Numbered from the stretch's first letter, positions 39,248 through 50,497 are shown. The stretch is 64,000 bases of DNA from Gammaproteobacteria bacterium (GCA_963422595.1 OY730298.1:90512-154511), one strand, 5' to 3'. Program-made: numbers and translations. The notes: generated by a model not told the origin, from the sequence alone.

Positions 39248-39592
39248 TTAAATTTTTTCCTTGATTCTGGCCGCCTTGCCAGTTCTGCCCCGCAGGTAGT
39301 AGAGCTTGGCACGCCTTACGTCGCCTTTGCGCTTAACTGTAATGCCCGCTATCATCGGGCTATGCGTTTGAAAAACCCGCTCCACACCTTCACCATGTGA
39401 AATTTTTCTTACGGTAAATGCGGAGTTAAGTCCACGATTGCGCTTGGCAATAACTACTCCCTCGAATGCCTGTAAACGCTGACGACTGCCTTCTTTTACT
39501 TTGACCTGCACCACGACATTGTCACCCGGGCTGAATTCCGGGACGTCGCTTTTTAGCTGCCGTTGGTTGAGTTCGTGGATGATGTTGGTCAT
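39248..39592 (-). CDS. rplS: 50S ribosomal protein L19
   Basis: '[65 protein letters not shown]' is clear L19. Start at the internal Met. Confidence 0.9.
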   Translation of the reverse strand: MTNIIHELNQRQLKSDVPEFSPGDNVVVQVKVKEGSRQRLQAFEGVVIAKRNRGLNSAFTVRKISHGEGVERVFQTHSPMIAGITVKRKGDVRRAKLYYLRGRTGKAARIKEKI

Positions 39593-39605
39593 TACGTGCT
39601 TCTTG

Positions 39606-40346
39606 CTAATCAGTTTGTCGTTCTCGCAAATATTCTTCAAGCAGGGCTTGCTGTTCCGTGTCTAACCCTTGTTGCGCAATTAAATCGGGCCGGCGCAGAT
39701 AGGTACGACCTAATGATTGTTTGTTCCGCCATAATTGTATCGCCTGGTGATCACCTTGCAATAACAATTGCGGCACAGAACGACCATCTATGCTTGCCGG
39801 GCGGGTATAATGCGGGCAATCCAGTAATCCGTCAACAAATGAATCGCGAGAAGCCGAGTGCTTATGCCCCAAGGCCCCGGGTATATGCCTGATCATAGCA
39901 TCAATCATGAGCATGGCGGGTAATTCCCCACCGCTGACGACAAAATCACCAACGGAAACTTCTTCATCCACTTCGGCTTCTATCAGCCTTTCATCAATGC
40001 CTGCATAGCGCCCGGCAATCAGTACCAGATGCGGATGCACTTTTAACCTTTCAATATCCGCGTGTTGCAGGAGTTTGCCCTGCGCAGAAAGACAAACGAT
40101 GTGACTGTCAACAACACCTTGAGTGGCGTATCGAATGGCTGTTTGCAGCGGCTTAAATTGCATTACCATGCCGGGCCCACCGCCGTAGGGGCGAGCATCA
40201 ACACGGCGACGGGGAGGCATGGAAAAATCGCGCGGATTAATGGTGTTCAGGCTTACCAGCCGGTTTTCAATAGCCCTGCCAATGACTCCGTATTTGGCTA
40301 AGTTTAACACCATTTCCGGGAACAGGGTGATGACATCAATGCGCAT
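39606..40346 (-). CDS. trmD: tRNA (guanine37-N1)-methyltransferase
   Basis: '[12 protein letters not shown]...' and the SPOUT-fold TrmD sequence throughout, in conserved operon position. Confidence 0.9.
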   Translation of the reverse strand: MRIDVITLFPEMVLNLAKYGVIGRAIENRLVSLNTINPRDFSMPPRRRVDARPYGGGPGMVMQFKPLQTAIRYATQGVVDSHIVCLSAQGKLLQHADIERLKVHPHLVLIAGRYAGIDERLIEAEVDEEVSVGDFVVSGGELPAMLMIDAMIRHIPGALGHKHSASRDSFVDGLLDCPHYTRPASIDGRSVPQLLLQGDHQAIQLWRNKQSLGRTYLRRPDLIAQQGLDTEQQALLEEYLRERQTD

Positions 40347-40357
40347 GGGTTTGTCCG

Positions 40358-40834
40358 TTACACGTAGTCGGTCTGCCAGTCTACCGTAATTAGCCGTCGA
40401 TCCAGATCCACGTCTTTGATTACGTCTCTATATATGTAAGGGATCAGGAGTTCCTGCGCACGTGCATCATCCTGTACCACGAGCACGTCGTTGGCGCCGG
40501 TCTCTATTAAATTTCTGACTTTGCCGAGGATTTGCTCGTCCACCGTGACCACGGTTAAGCCCGTGAGTTGGTACCAGTAGTATTCGCCTGAAGATAACGT
40601 TGATAGTTCAGAGGTCGGTATCCATATTTCCGCGGCTACGAGCGTTGCGGCTTGAGTGCGCGTGTCTATGCCTGATAATTTGGCAATAATGCTATTACCA
40701 TGGCGCTTGCCTTGTGCCAGCGAATAGCACCGCTCACTGCCGTTGAGACGTAGTCGCCAGGTGGCATAAGTGAGAATTTGCGCTTTAGGACGAGAATATG
40801 AGAACGGTTTAAGCCAGCCCTTGATTCCAAACAC
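40358..40834 (-). CDS. rimM: Ribosome maturation factor RimM
   Basis: Operon position between rpsP and trmD, RimM-like PRC-barrel C-terminus. The start is probably internal to the track ORF. Confidence 0.8.
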   Translation of the reverse strand: MFGIKGWLKPFSYSRPKAQILTYATWRLRLNGSERCYSLAQGKRHGNSIIAKLSGIDTRTQAATLVAAEIWIPTSELSTLSSGEYYWYQLTGLTVVTVDEQILGKVRNLIETGANDVLVVQDDARAQELLIPYIYRDVIKDVDLDRRLITVDWQTDYV

Positions 40835-40921
40835 GCTTTGAATATGACCAAGCTGAATAAATGAGGTTTGACTCAGGTTTTTGGACAGATTAAGGGGCCT
40901 CTCTTATGCCGCTGCCGCTGG

Positions 40922-41161
40922 TCAAAGGTGTTGCTTAACCAGACCGGCGACACGCTGCGAAGGCTGCGCACCGTGACTTAGCCAGTGGTGGTAACGTTCC
41001 ATGGCAATGGAAAAACGTACCTGCTGAGCTTTTGCCAGGGGGTTGAAGTAGCCAATGCGCTCAATGTAACCACTGTCTCTGCGCTTGCGTGAGTCGGTTA
41101 CCACGAGGTGATAAAAAGGACGCTTTTTAGCTCCGCCTCTGGACAGTCGAATCGTTACCAT
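40922..41161 (-). CDS. rpsP: 30S ribosomal protein S16
   Basis: '[41 protein letters not shown]' is canonical S16. Confidence 0.92.
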   Translation of the reverse strand: MVTIRLSRGGAKKRPFYHLVVTDSRKRRDSGYIERIGYFNPLAKAQQVRFSIAMERYHHWLSHGAQPSQRVAGLVKQHL

Positions 41162-41384
41162 ACGCTATAGTTACGTTGTATCAGGTGGTTGAAATTAAAA
41201 TTGCAGCTCGCACTGTACGTAAGTTCACCAGAAAAAGAAAGCCACCTGGTATTTATAACCAGCATGGATGCGCTGGAACCTGACTTTTTATGAAGATAAC
41301 TTTTTTACGTCCTGAGGTGACACTTTGTCCTTAACCCTATGCTGGAGCTTAACTTTTTCAGGATTTCGGGCAACCGATTTGCCA

Positions 41385-41456
41385 TTATCGAGCCATTATC
41401 GAGCCATTATCGAGCCATTATCGAGCCATTATCGAGCCATTATCGAGCCATTATAT
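41385..41456. repeat. Tandem repeat: 11-bp unit 'CGAGCCATTAT' in about 6.5 perfect copies in the ffh-rpsP intergenic region
   Basis: Read directly: 'gccattatCGAGCCATTATCGAGCCATTATCGAGCCATTATCGAGCCATTATCGAGCCATTATatcgg'. Confidence 0.9.
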
Positions 41457-41642
41457 CGGTTTGGTGGGAGTACACCAAATAAAACGACTGGCCCTGTGTT
41501 TCCAGAGTTCTACTACCAGCACCGCGCATTATAGTGGCAGGATAAATAAATGTCAACCCCTTTGTTATGGAGATAACCCGGTATTATGCCAGCCTGGAAC
41601 CGATGCCATACTGCTTGCGAGCCATGCCCATGCCGTAGTAGT

Positions 41643-42998
41643 TTATCCCAGTCCAGGGGGTAGCTTTCCCGGCATGGTTCGCAACATCTTTTGTATACCG
41701 CCTTTAGAGTATTTCTTCATCATTTTCCGCATCTGTAAATGTTGTTTGAGCAAGCGGTTTACGTGTTGCACTGAGGTGCCGGAACCAGCTGCAATTCTGC
41801 GTTTGCGGGTGTTTTTAATGATGTCGGGAAATCGCCGCTCGCGTGGGGTCATGGAGTTAATGATGGCGATCATACGTGGCAGGGACTTATTGTCATGGGC
41901 CGCCTGGAGGTTGTTTGGTAAGCCCATCGTACCGGGAATTTTGTCCAGTAAACCGGCTATTCCACCCATGCTTAACATTTGCTCAAGCTGGTTTTTCAAA
42001 TCAACGAGGTCAAAACCCTTGCCTTTGCTGATTTTTCTGGCTAGCTTTTGCGCTTTATCCCGATCGACCTTGCGTTCAACTGCTTCAACCAGGCTTACTA
42101 CGTCACCCATTCCCAGTATGCGCGAGGCGATCCTGTCCGGATGAAAGGGTTCTAATGCTGTGGTTTGTTCGCCGGTGCCCAGAAATTTAATCGGTTTGCC
42201 GGTGATGCGCCGCACCGATAATGCTGCACCGCCGCGCGCATCACCATCCGTTTTGGTAAGAATGACGCCAGTAAGCGGCAAAACGTCATTAAACACTCGC
42301 GCCGCGTTTGCAGCATCCTGCCCACTCATACTGTCAACCACAAATAAGGTCTCGGTTGGCTGCACGGCCTGATGCAGTGTGATGATTTCCCGCATCATTT
42401 CGTCATTGACGTGTAAACGACCGGCGGTATCAATCAATAAGACGTCTTTAAATCGCTTTTTGGCATGCTCGACAGCGCGATTGGCAATATCAAGGGGCGT
42501 TTGTGAAGTTGTGCTTGGAATAAACTCCACAGCTACTTGTTTGGCTAACGCCTGTAACTGCTGAATGGCCGCCGGCCGATATATATCGCAGCTTACTACC
42601 GCTACGGATTTTTTTTGTTGCTGGCTTAACCAGCGTGAGAGTTTGGCGATGCTTGTGGTTTTGCCGGCACCCTGAAGGCCGGCGATTAAAATAATCACCG
42701 GGGGCGGCGCGCTTAAAGTGAGCGTTGCATTGGCATCGCCCATCAGATGCACTAATTCATCGTGTACGATTTTGGTGAAGGCCTGACCGGGAGAAAGACT
42801 TTGTATGACTTCCTGCCCTAATGCTTTGTTTGTCACGCTCTCTATGAACTCACGTACTACGGGCAATGCGACATCGGCCTCTAATAAGGCCACGCGCACG
42901 TCACGCAGGGTGCCGCGAATATTTTCTTCGGAGAGACGCGCCTGCCCGCGCAGTTTTTTGACGGTACCAGAAAGTCGATTAGCTAAGTTTTCAAACAT
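41643..42998 (-). CDS. ffh: Signal recognition particle protein Ffh
   Basis: 'MFENLANRLSGTVKKLRGQARLSEENI' and 'GLQGAGKTTSIAKL' (the GTPase P-loop), with an M-domain C-terminus. The start was trimmed to the Ffh-consensus Met. Confidence 0.9.
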   Translation of the reverse strand: MFENLANRLSGTVKKLRGQARLSEENIRGTLRDVRVALLEADVALPVVREFIESVTNKALGQEVIQSLSPGQAFTKIVHDELVHLMGDANATLTLSAPPPVIILIAGLQGAGKTTSIAKLSRWLSQQQKKSVAVVSCDIYRPAAIQQLQALAKQVAVEFIPSTTSQTPLDIANRAVEHAKKRFKDVLLIDTAGRLHVNDEMMREIITLHQAVQPTETLFVVDSMSGQDAANAARVFNDVLPLTGVILTKTDGDARGGAALSVRRITGKPIKFLGTGEQTTALEPFHPDRIASRILGMGDVVSLVEAVERKVDRDKAQKLARKISKGKGFDLVDLKNQLEQMLSMGGIAGLLDKIPGTMGLPNNLQAAHDNKSLPRMIAIINSMTPRERRFPDIIKNTRKRRIAAGSGTSVQHVNRLLKQHLQMRKMMKKYSKGGIQKMLRTMPGKLPPGLG

Positions 42999-43313
42999 GT
43001 TTATTCGCGTTCGATGAAGCGGAAAATAATTTCGAGGCCACGCGGTGAGGCGTGGCAAAACTATCTGATAGGTAGTGTACTGCAAAACCTGAAGCAGTTG
43101 CATAGCACTATTCGATAACCTGGTGTTTGCCTCGGGTTGCGGATGCAGAAACTGCGGCTAATGATTAACAACCAATTAGTGGTATGCTGCACAAGCTGGT
43201 AAAAGTGGGGTCTGGTTAAGACCCTGAAGGTTGTTACAATAATGAGCGATCACGGGAACAGGCAGGTATTCGCCCGGCACGAGCATCCTTATGTGACGCA
43301 AGTCGTATAGTCC

Positions 43314-44150
43314 ATGGATTTTATGTCAGGTATTCTGAAGTACGGCGCAACGTTGTTGTATACGCTGACTTTCGCATTGATATTATGGCGCACGCATCGT
43401 TTGTCTGGTGGCCAACAATCGGGGCGACGAGGGTTGATGTTGGTTTTATGGGGCCTCGCGTGTTTATTACACGTGCTCCATCTTTATCCACAAACGTTTA
43501 CTCAACACGGGCTAAATCTCACCTTTTATAATGCGGTTTCGGTGGTTTTTTTTATTATCTCTGCACTCATTCTGATGCTGTCAATTACTAAAAAAAGAGA
43601 ATTTCTGGGATTGCTGATATTGCCTGTTGTGGCAGTAAGCGTCGGCTTGACGATTCTTAAGCCGGAGGTTGCGGCATCTGCATCGAACCTGCATGGACTA
43701 CAGTTGCATATCGTGGCGTCTCTGTTTGCGTTTAGTATATTAACGATCTCCGCGGTGCAGTCTATTTTGCTGTTTACTCAGGACCGACAAATACGTAAGC
43801 ATCATCCCGCGGGCATTGCCCGTGCCTTTCTCTCGTTACAGGATACCGAAAATTTTTTATTCCAAACAATTTCCGTCGGATTTGTGTCGTTGAGCATCGC
43901 GCTGGCAAGCGGTTTTTTGTTTCTGGAAAATATGTTTGAGCAGCACATCGCTCACAAGACGATACTCTCTATATTGGCGTGGATGGTATTCGCGCTGCTG
44001 CTATGGGGACGCTGGCAGTTTGGTTGGCGCGGACGAGTGGCGATTCGCTGCACCCTGGGTGGTTTCGGATTCCTGATATTGGCGTATTTGGGCAGTAAGT
44101 TTGTGCAAGAGCTGATACTTTATCGGGTTATTACTGTACCTGTTACTTGA
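43314..44150 (+). CDS. Inner-membrane cytochrome c assembly-family protein (YpjD/CcsA-like)
   Basis: Polytopic 278-aa protein divergent from ffh, the conserved ypjD-ffh arrangement. Confidence 0.55.
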   Translation: MDFMSGILKYGATLLYTLTFALILWRTHRLSGGQQSGRRGLMLVLWGLACLLHVLHLYPQTFTQHGLNLTFYNAVSVVFFIISALILMLSITKKREFLGLLILPVVAVSVGLTILKPEVAASASNLHGLQLHIVASLFAFSILTISAVQSILLFTQDRQIRKHHPAGIARAFLSLQDTENFLFQTISVGFVSLSIALASGFLFLENMFEQHIAHKTILSILAWMVFALLLWGRWQFGWRGRVAIRCTLGGFGFLILAYLGSKFVQELILYRVITVPVT

Positions 44151-44210
44151 CAATTCGCGCTACACGGCGGTTAATGTAACCCGGTTTATTACAGGAGGGT
44201 CGTATAGACC

Positions 44211-45488
44211 TTGGAAGATTATTCGACAGGCACGCTATTTTTGGCGTTGTGCATTTTATTTTTCCTCTCAGCATTTTTTTCCGGTTCAGAAACTGCGTTA
44301 ATGGCGCTGAATCGCTATCGCTTGCGTCACCTGGCTAACACCAACCAACGCGGTGCCAAACAAGCACAGAAATTACTGGAGAAACCAGATCGCTTAATTG
44401 GTCTTATTCTGCTCGGTAATAATGTAGTCAATATTTTAATTGCCCAACTGTCGGCTTATATCGGCTATCGATTACATGGCGACGTAGGTATTGCTATAGC
44501 AACTTTAATATTGATTTTCGCGATTTTAATCTTTGCCGAACTTACGCCTAAAACACTCGCGGCATTACACGCTGAAAAACTGGCTCTGCCGGCAGCGATC
44601 ATTTACACGCCTTTACTTATGGTTGCGTATCCCTTTGTTTGGATCGTGAACTTATGCGCAAATTCTCTACTGCATTTGTTTGGGGTCTACGTGAAGGAGA
44701 ATCCGTTAATCTCGCTCACGCGCGAGGAGCTGCGTACCGTGGTCAACCACGAGGGTACTTCCATATCAAGTGAGCATCAGAAAATGCTGCTCGGCGTGCT
44801 TGATCTGGAAGACGTGACTGCCGAAGATATTATGGTGCCTAAAAATGAGATTGTTGGTATAGATATAGAAGACGATTGGGAAGATATTGTCGCCCAATTA
44901 AAAAATATGTCTTATACACGAATCCCGGTTTATCGCGGCAACATTGATAACGTTGTCGGCTTTTTGCATTTGCGTAAACTTTTGCTCGATATCATCCATA
45001 AAGACATTGAACCCGAAGACCTTGAAAAGGCGCTGCGCACACCGTACTTCATTCCTGAGGGTACGAATTTAAAAAAACTGTTGTTTGAATTTCAAAACAA
45101 AAAACGCCGCTTTAGTTTGGTGGTAGATGAATTTGGAGATATCCAGGGCCTGGTGACGCTGGAGGATTTGTTGGAAGAAATTGTCGGTGAATTTACTAAT
45201 GATCCGGCTACTTACGACGCGGGAATACACCCTCAGGACGATGGCACGCATGTCGTTGATGGCAGTACCCACGTGCGCGATATTAATAAAATTTTAGCCT
45301 GGGAACTGCATGAAGACGGGCCAAAAACGATTAACGGCTTAATTTTAGAGCATCTGGAATCTATCCCCCAACCTGGTACCAGCGTACTTATTGACGGCTA
45401 CCCAATCGAAGTAGTACAAATACAAAATAACGCGGTGCGCACTGCGCGTATAAGCCCGCGTCTTCCTCAACATGAAGAAGTCGCATAA
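44211..45488 (+). CDS. CNNM/CorC-HlyC family transporter-associated protein (DUF21 + CBS pair + CorC_HlyC)
   Basis: N-terminal DUF21 TM domain, two CBS domains ('IMVPKNEIVGIDIED...'), C-terminal 'GDIQGLVTLEDLLEEIVGE'. Confidence 0.7.
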   Translation: MEDYSTGTLFLALCILFFLSAFFSGSETALMALNRYRLRHLANTNQRGAKQAQKLLEKPDRLIGLILLGNNVVNILIAQLSAYIGYRLHGDVGIAIATLILIFAILIFAELTPKTLAALHAEKLALPAAIIYTPLLMVAYPFVWIVNLCANSLLHLFGVYVKENPLISLTREELRTVVNHEGTSISSEHQKMLLGVLDLEDVTAEDIMVPKNEIVGIDIEDDWEDIVAQLKNMSYTRIPVYRGNIDNVVGFLHLRKLLLDIIHKDIEPEDLEKALRTPYFIPEGTNLKKLLFEFQNKKRRFSLVVDEFGDIQGLVTLEDLLEEIVGEFTNDPATYDAGIHPQDDGTHVVDGSTHVRDINKILAWELHEDGPKTINGLILEHLESIPQPGTSVLIDGYPIEVVQIQNNAVRTARISPRLPQHEEVA

Positions 45489-45603
45489 AACGCGCTGATT
45501 TATTTGCTAATATTGCATCGGCCAACTGTAAATCACCGGGAGTTTAATGCGTCTTTATAGCATCGGTATTGGCGTAAAGATCAGGTGATAAGTTGCACAC
45601 TAT

Positions 45604-46260
45604 TTGCCTGATGGCTATTTGAAATCCGTATGCAAAACTCCGACGAAAGGGATTACGATGTTTTTATCGGGTAAGAGAATGCGATCACCGACTGTAGAGC
45701 AGACGGCGGCACGTCATTATGTCAATGGTAATGAGTTATCTCCACCATTTCCCGCAAATATGGAGTTGGCTATGTTTGGTTTAGGTTGTTTTTGGGGGGC
45801 CGAGAGAGAGTTTTGGCAATTGCCGGGGGTTTATTCCACTGCCGTGGGATATGCTGGTGGACATACGCCAAACCCAACCTATGAGGAGGTGTGTACGAGC
45901 ATGACGGGGCATAACGAAGTGGTGCGCGTAGTGTTTGACCCGGACCTTGCCCGCTATGCACGGCTGTTAAAGTTATTTTGGGAATCACATGACCCCACTC
46001 AGGGCATGCGCCAGGGCAATGACGTGGGTACGCAATATCGCTCTGGCATCTACGTGTACAACCAAAATCAGAAACTACTGGCTGAGCAAACGCGACAGCA
46101 GTATCAGCAGGTACTGCAACAAAACGGTTTTGGAGTTACTACCACTGAGATCACCGGGGCACCGAAATTTTATTACGCCGAAGATTACCATCAGCAGTAT
46201 TTAGCTAAAAATCCAAATGGTTATTGTGGCCTTGGCGGCACTGGTGTGCCCCTGGAGTAG
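45604..46260 (+). CDS. msrA: Peptide methionine sulfoxide reductase A
   Basis: '[45 protein letters not shown]' is the MsrA GCFWG active site. The true start may be the second Met. Confidence 0.88.
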   Translation: MPDGYLKSVCKTPTKGITMFLSGKRMRSPTVEQTAARHYVNGNELSPPFPANMELAMFGLGCFWGAEREFWQLPGVYSTAVGYAGGHTPNPTYEEVCTSMTGHNEVVRVVFDPDLARYARLLKLFWESHDPTQGMRQGNDVGTQYRSGIYVYNQNQKLLAEQTRQQYQQVLQQNGFGVTTTEITGAPKFYYAEDYHQQYLAKNPNGYCGLGGTGVPLE

Positions 46261-46313
46261 CAGACGCTGCAAGCCGCCAGGGGCGCGACCTTCCAAGGGT
46301 ATGTTGAAGACCT

Positions 46314-46976
46314 ATGGAAAATTTGATGACCACAAATAACGACGTTCATGAATTACGCAAAAACTACCAGACGGTAGTGCTGGAAACACAAACGGCCAAT
46401 AAGGACCCGGTTGTGCAGTTCAAACTCTGGTTTGAAGACGCGCTAGCCGCGAAATTGATCGAACCTAACGCAATGAACCTGGCAACCGTTGACAAAAATG
46501 GGGAACCTTCCTCACGTATGGTGTTGTTAAAGTCGTTCGATGCATCCGGGTTTGTTTTTTTTACTAATTACAACAGTCAAAAAGCGCAGGATTTGCACAA
46601 CACGCGCCGCGCCGCGCTCAATTTTTGGTGGGATAAGCTATATCGACAAGTGCGGGTCTGCGGAGTAGCCGGAAAAATCTCCAGAAAAGATTCGATGGCG
46701 TATTTCCAAATGCGACCCGTGGGTAGCCAGTTAGGCGCACTCGCTTCACAACAAAGCCGGGTGATAGCAAGCTATACGGTGCTGATAAAAGAATTTCGAC
46801 GCCTGGCGCAACACTACCAAAATCAGCATATTCCCTGCCCGCAACACTGGGGGGGATATCGCGTGATACCTGACAGCTTTGAGTTTTGGCAGGGGCGCCC
46901 TAACCGCCTGCATGATCGCTTACGCTATACTAAAACCTCCACAAACGAATGGCAGATAGTACGACTATCCCCTTAA
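46314..46976 (+). CDS. pdxH: Pyridoxamine 5'-phosphate oxidase
   Basis: 'AMNLATVDKNGEPSSRMVLLKSFDASGFVFFTNYNSQKAQDL' plus the C-terminal 'RLHDRLRY' PNPOx motif. Confidence 0.85.
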   Translation: MENLMTTNNDVHELRKNYQTVVLETQTANKDPVVQFKLWFEDALAAKLIEPNAMNLATVDKNGEPSSRMVLLKSFDASGFVFFTNYNSQKAQDLHNTRRAALNFWWDKLYRQVRVCGVAGKISRKDSMAYFQMRPVGSQLGALASQQSRVIASYTVLIKEFRRLAQHYQNQHIPCPQHWGGYRVIPDSFEFWQGRPNRLHDRLRYTKTSTNEWQIVRLSP

Positions 46977-47015
46977 AGCCGTTATCCCGGCCTTTGCCTG
47001 AACTTGTGACCTTCC

Positions 47016-47234
47016 CTAGTCGTAAATGATATGCCACTCAGGATCAGGCTTAAGTTTTTCCGGCCAATAGGTTTTATGCGGATTTTCTGAATTCAGTTCT
47101 GCACATTTTTTGCGCGCTTCACCATATGTCATGGTTTCGTGTTTGAATTTGCCCGTTTCAAAGTCATATTTACGTTTCCACGCAATAATGTAGCCGGTGT
47201 CTTCATTACGTCGAACTAAATTTTCTGCAATCAT
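47016..47234 (-). CDS. Small hypothetical protein (72 aa)
   Basis: Compact ORF with no overlap and no family I could identify. Confidence 0.3.
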   Translation of the reverse strand: MIAENLVRRNEDTGYIIAWKRKYDFETGKFKHETMTYGEARKKCAELNSENPHKTYWPEKLKPDPEWHIIYD

Positions 47235-47504
47235 GTCTGGTTCCTGTATAGCATGCGTATTTATGATTCGAAACGTGGCTTTCCCAGCTATAATTATTGT
47301 GCCAAATTATCGGAGAATTACCAGCGAAATATGTTCGCGTCGCCACGCGGATTAAAGGTTGATTATCATGACAATCGTAATTGCCTGAGGATACTCGTAA
47401 TGATGATTGCGGATGACTGTGCCCGGTTGACTGCGGCCAGTAACTCCATTATTGGCGATTATCGGCAATAATCACTAAAATCGTATACAGACAGTCAACA
47501 ACTA

Positions 47505-49670
47505 TCAATCAGTAACGTCAAAAACTTTTAACAAAAAAGCGTACATTAGTGCAGTTTCTTTAAGGTAATCGAATCTGCCGGAAGCTCCACCGTGACCAGC
47601 TTCCAGGTTCACTTTTAATACCAGTAAGTTGTAGTCCGTTTTTTGATCACGCAATCTCGCGACCCATTTTGCGGGTTCCCAATAGGTTACCCGGGGGTCG
47701 GCAAGCCCGGCAGTAACAAAGATGTGCGGATAAGACTGCCGGGTAACATTGTCATAAGGCGAATATTCACGAATTGACAGGTAATCGTCGCGGCTGGTGA
47801 TTGGGTTTCCCCATTCCGGCCATTCCGGCGGCGTTAGCGGCAAGGTGTCATCGCTCATGGTATTGAGTACGTCCACAAAGGGCACCTCGGCAACGGCCGC
47901 GTTGAACAGCTCAGGACGCATATTAATTACTGCGCCAACTAACATGCCACCAGCGGATGCGCCATGCACTGCAAGTTTTCCCGCTCGTGTATAGTTTTGT
48001 TTAATTAAATATTCCGCGCAGGCAATGTAGTCCTTAAAAGTATTGATCTTGTGTGCCAGCTTTCCATTACGATACCAGGCGTACCCTTGCTCCATGCCAC
48101 CCCGTACGTGCGCGATTGCGTACACAAACCCGCGCCTGACTAATGATAAACGATTGGTAGAAAAACCAGCCGGCATCGAGTTACCATAAGAACCGTAGGC
48201 GTATAACAGCAGGGGGGCACTTCCATCTAACGGCAGGCTTTTTTTGTACAGCAAAGATATGGGTATCGCCTTGCCATCTTCGGCGGTAGCAAATAGTCTG
48301 CGCGTAACGTATTCGTCTTCGTTATGCCCGCTCGGCACTTGTTGCTGTTTTTTCAGTTCGCGTTTGTGAACAGACATGTGATAGTCAAATATCTGCGTTG
48401 GCGTTGTCATGGAGGTGTACAAGAAACGTAACTTATCACTATCAAATTCATAGCCGGGTATCACCTCCAAATCAAAGGTCTCCTCTGTAAACGTAATGCT
48501 ACGTTCGTTACTAAACGTGCCCTTGTCTGATTTGACAATCGTAATTCCCGGTAATCCACGTATGCGTTCCGAGCGCACCAGGTAGTTTTTAAATAGATAA
48601 ATTTCTCTTAACAAAGTACCGACAGGCGGCACATAAAAATCGTGCCAGTCTTTACTGGTGGTATGACTTGTAGCAGTTCGCATAATTTTGTAATCTTCAG
48701 CGCCATCTTTGTTGGTTACAATGTAAAAAAATTCACCATGATGCGAAACTTCATACTCGATGCCGGGTTCACGTCTGGCAAACAGCTTTGCCGCCTGATC
48801 CGGTTTGCAGGCATCGATGACGTGTACTTCACTGGTTATGTGGTCATGCGTTGATATCAAAATAAAATTTCCGGATTCCGTGATATCAAGAGAAACAAAA
48901 AATCCAGGGTCGGTCTCCTGATACACCATTACGTCCCGACTGCTTGCTTCGCCTAATACGTGGCGAAAGACTTTGTCGGGGCGATGATTGTTATCTAATG
49001 TAGTATAAAAAAGAGTGCGGTTATCCTGCGCCCATACAAAATCGCTTTGTATGTTTTCAATGCGGTCGGGCAATAAACTTCCATCTGTCAGGTTACGGAT
49101 GAACAATGTATAGAATTCGGCGCCTCGCACGTCGACGCTGTAGGCGAAGTGACGATGGTCAGGGCTGTGCCCGGCATCGCCAATATTAAAATAACTGAAT
49201 TCTGTTGCCGCTTCATTACCATCAAGCAAAATTTCTTTGCTGGCCGGTTGAGCAGCGGGATAACGACAATAGACGGGATATTGTCGGTCTGCTTCATAAC
49301 GCACAAAGTAGTAGTAATCACCATCTTTTTCCGGCACCGAGCTATCGTCTTCTTTAATGCGAGCGCGTAATTCTATAAACAAATCCTTTTGTAACTGTGC
49401 CGTGTCTTCCAGCACGGTGTTCAAATAACGATTTTCAGCCTCCAGATATTCACGAATTTCAGTCGATAATTGTGTATCACCCCTGATCACTTTTTGCCAA
49501 CGCGGATCTTTCAACCACGCGTAATTATCAGTCCGCTGATGACCATGCAAAGTCAGTGTTCGTGGTTTCCTGCTGGCTCTTGGAGGAGCACTATCAGATA
49601 TTGTGCGTTTGGGGGACATATCTGCAAATACAGGAAAAGTGGTTGGCTGACTTAACGTTAGAGTGAACAA
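47505..49670 (-). CDS. ptrB: Oligopeptidase B / prolyl oligopeptidase family (S9A) serine protease
   Basis: 721 aa. Beta-propeller N-terminus plus 'LAVHGASAGGMLVGAV' (the GxSxGG nucleophile elbow) and a C-terminal catalytic domain. Confidence 0.8.
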   Translation of the reverse strand: MFTLTLSQPTTFPVFADMSPKRTISDSAPPRASRKPRTLTLHGHQRTDNYAWLKDPRWQKVIRGDTQLSTEIREYLEAENRYLNTVLEDTAQLQKDLFIELRARIKEDDSSVPEKDGDYYYFVRYEADRQYPVYCRYPAAQPASKEILLDGNEAATEFSYFNIGDAGHSPDHRHFAYSVDVRGAEFYTLFIRNLTDGSLLPDRIENIQSDFVWAQDNRTLFYTTLDNNHRPDKVFRHVLGEASSRDVMVYQETDPGFFVSLDITESGNFILISTHDHITSEVHVIDACKPDQAAKLFARREPGIEYEVSHHGEFFYIVTNKDGAEDYKIMRTATSHTTSKDWHDFYVPPVGTLLREIYLFKNYLVRSERIRGLPGITIVKSDKGTFSNERSITFTEETFDLEVIPGYEFDSDKLRFLYTSMTTPTQIFDYHMSVHKRELKKQQQVPSGHNEDEYVTRRLFATAEDGKAIPISLLYKKSLPLDGSAPLLLYAYGSYGNSMPAGFSTNRLSLVRRGFVYAIAHVRGGMEQGYAWYRNGKLAHKINTFKDYIACAEYLIKQNYTRAGKLAVHGASAGGMLVGAVINMRPELFNAAVAEVPFVDVLNTMSDDTLPLTPPEWPEWGNPITSRDDYLSIREYSPYDNVTRQSYPHIFVTAGLADPRVTYWEPAKWVARLRDQKTDYNLLVLKVNLEAGHGGASGRFDYLKETALMYAFLLKVFDVTD

Positions 49671-49676
49671 TATGGC

Positions 49677-50048
49677 TTACACAGCAGTGTCTTTTGCCTG
49701 CGCGTCCAACGCTACTTGCCACTGCACGTGATACACATTTTGACGTGGAATTGGCCCTTTCGGACCGCTGTGACTAATGACCGAAGCCTGCGGGCCTAAT
49801 ACTTGCTGGTAATACTTTACAACCGTTCCTGAAAACTCATCACACTTAAAGGGCAGATCATAATGAACCTCAAAGGATAACACCCCGTTTTCTTCTTCAG
49901 GCGGGTAAATATCAGCCAATAAATGTGAGTGAAATCTTCCCGCAAAGTCGACATCAAACAGAATTTTGCAAATCTGTCTGCCTTGGTTTTTATCAGCTTC
50001 AACGTGATCAGGGAACACGCCATGAAAAAAGAAATTTGCTTTAGCCAT
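49677..50048 (-). CDS. Hypothetical small protein (123 aa)
   Basis: ORF directly downstream of ptrB. No motif recognised. Confidence 0.3.
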   Translation of the reverse strand: MAKANFFFHGVFPDHVEADKNQGRQICKILFDVDFAGRFHSHLLADIYPPEEENGVLSFEVHYDLPFKCDEFSGTVVKYYQQVLGPQASVISHSGPKGPIPRQNVYHVQWQVALDAQAKDTAV

Positions 50049-50497
50049 TGTTACATAATAATACGGTATAATTTATTAATGCAGTATAAATTGGAAACCA
50101 GGGTGTCAACGTTCCTGATTCAGCAAGAACCGCTGGGTATGTGGGACCTTTGGGTGGATGGCATGCCCACGCTTACTTTTGCGGCGCCGGAAGATGCCGC
50201 CAAGGCCGTGTATGAACAAAATTCCGGCTATACCGTTTGGGATCAACTGGAAGAACATACGGCACCACGTGACCTAAGCGGGTGGCAACAAGTAGAATAG
50301 CGCAGTCTCTATTAAAGTGACTAAATCACCATTTTCTTACTATCAATAATAACCAAAACTGCTGGACTCTCACAAATTCACTGATTGCGGATTTAGAAAA
50401 ATTTTTGAAGCTGAGTCTGGACGTAGTTTGTTATGACTTGAAACAGGTCTTTCACGCTTGCCAAATACTGCGCATTAAAATTTCATAAAAAATAATT

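Noticed and set aside
41385-41456. CRISPR array
   Set aside because: The 11-bp units are contiguous with no spacers and the unit is far too short. It is a simple tandem repeat.
41461-42144. 227-aa plus-strand ORF overlapping ffh, and ORF 41325..41534 translating the 11-bp repeat
   Set aside because: These are antisense to the highly conserved ffh gene or are translations of a microsatellite. No support.
49677-50048. QueF/T-fold (7-cyano-7-deazaguanine reductase) assignment for the 123-aa ORF
   Set aside because: I initially suspected a T-fold enzyme, but the QueF signature motifs (the Cys-containing 'CPEF...CP' and E-S-K-S-L-K) are absent. It is left as hypothetical.
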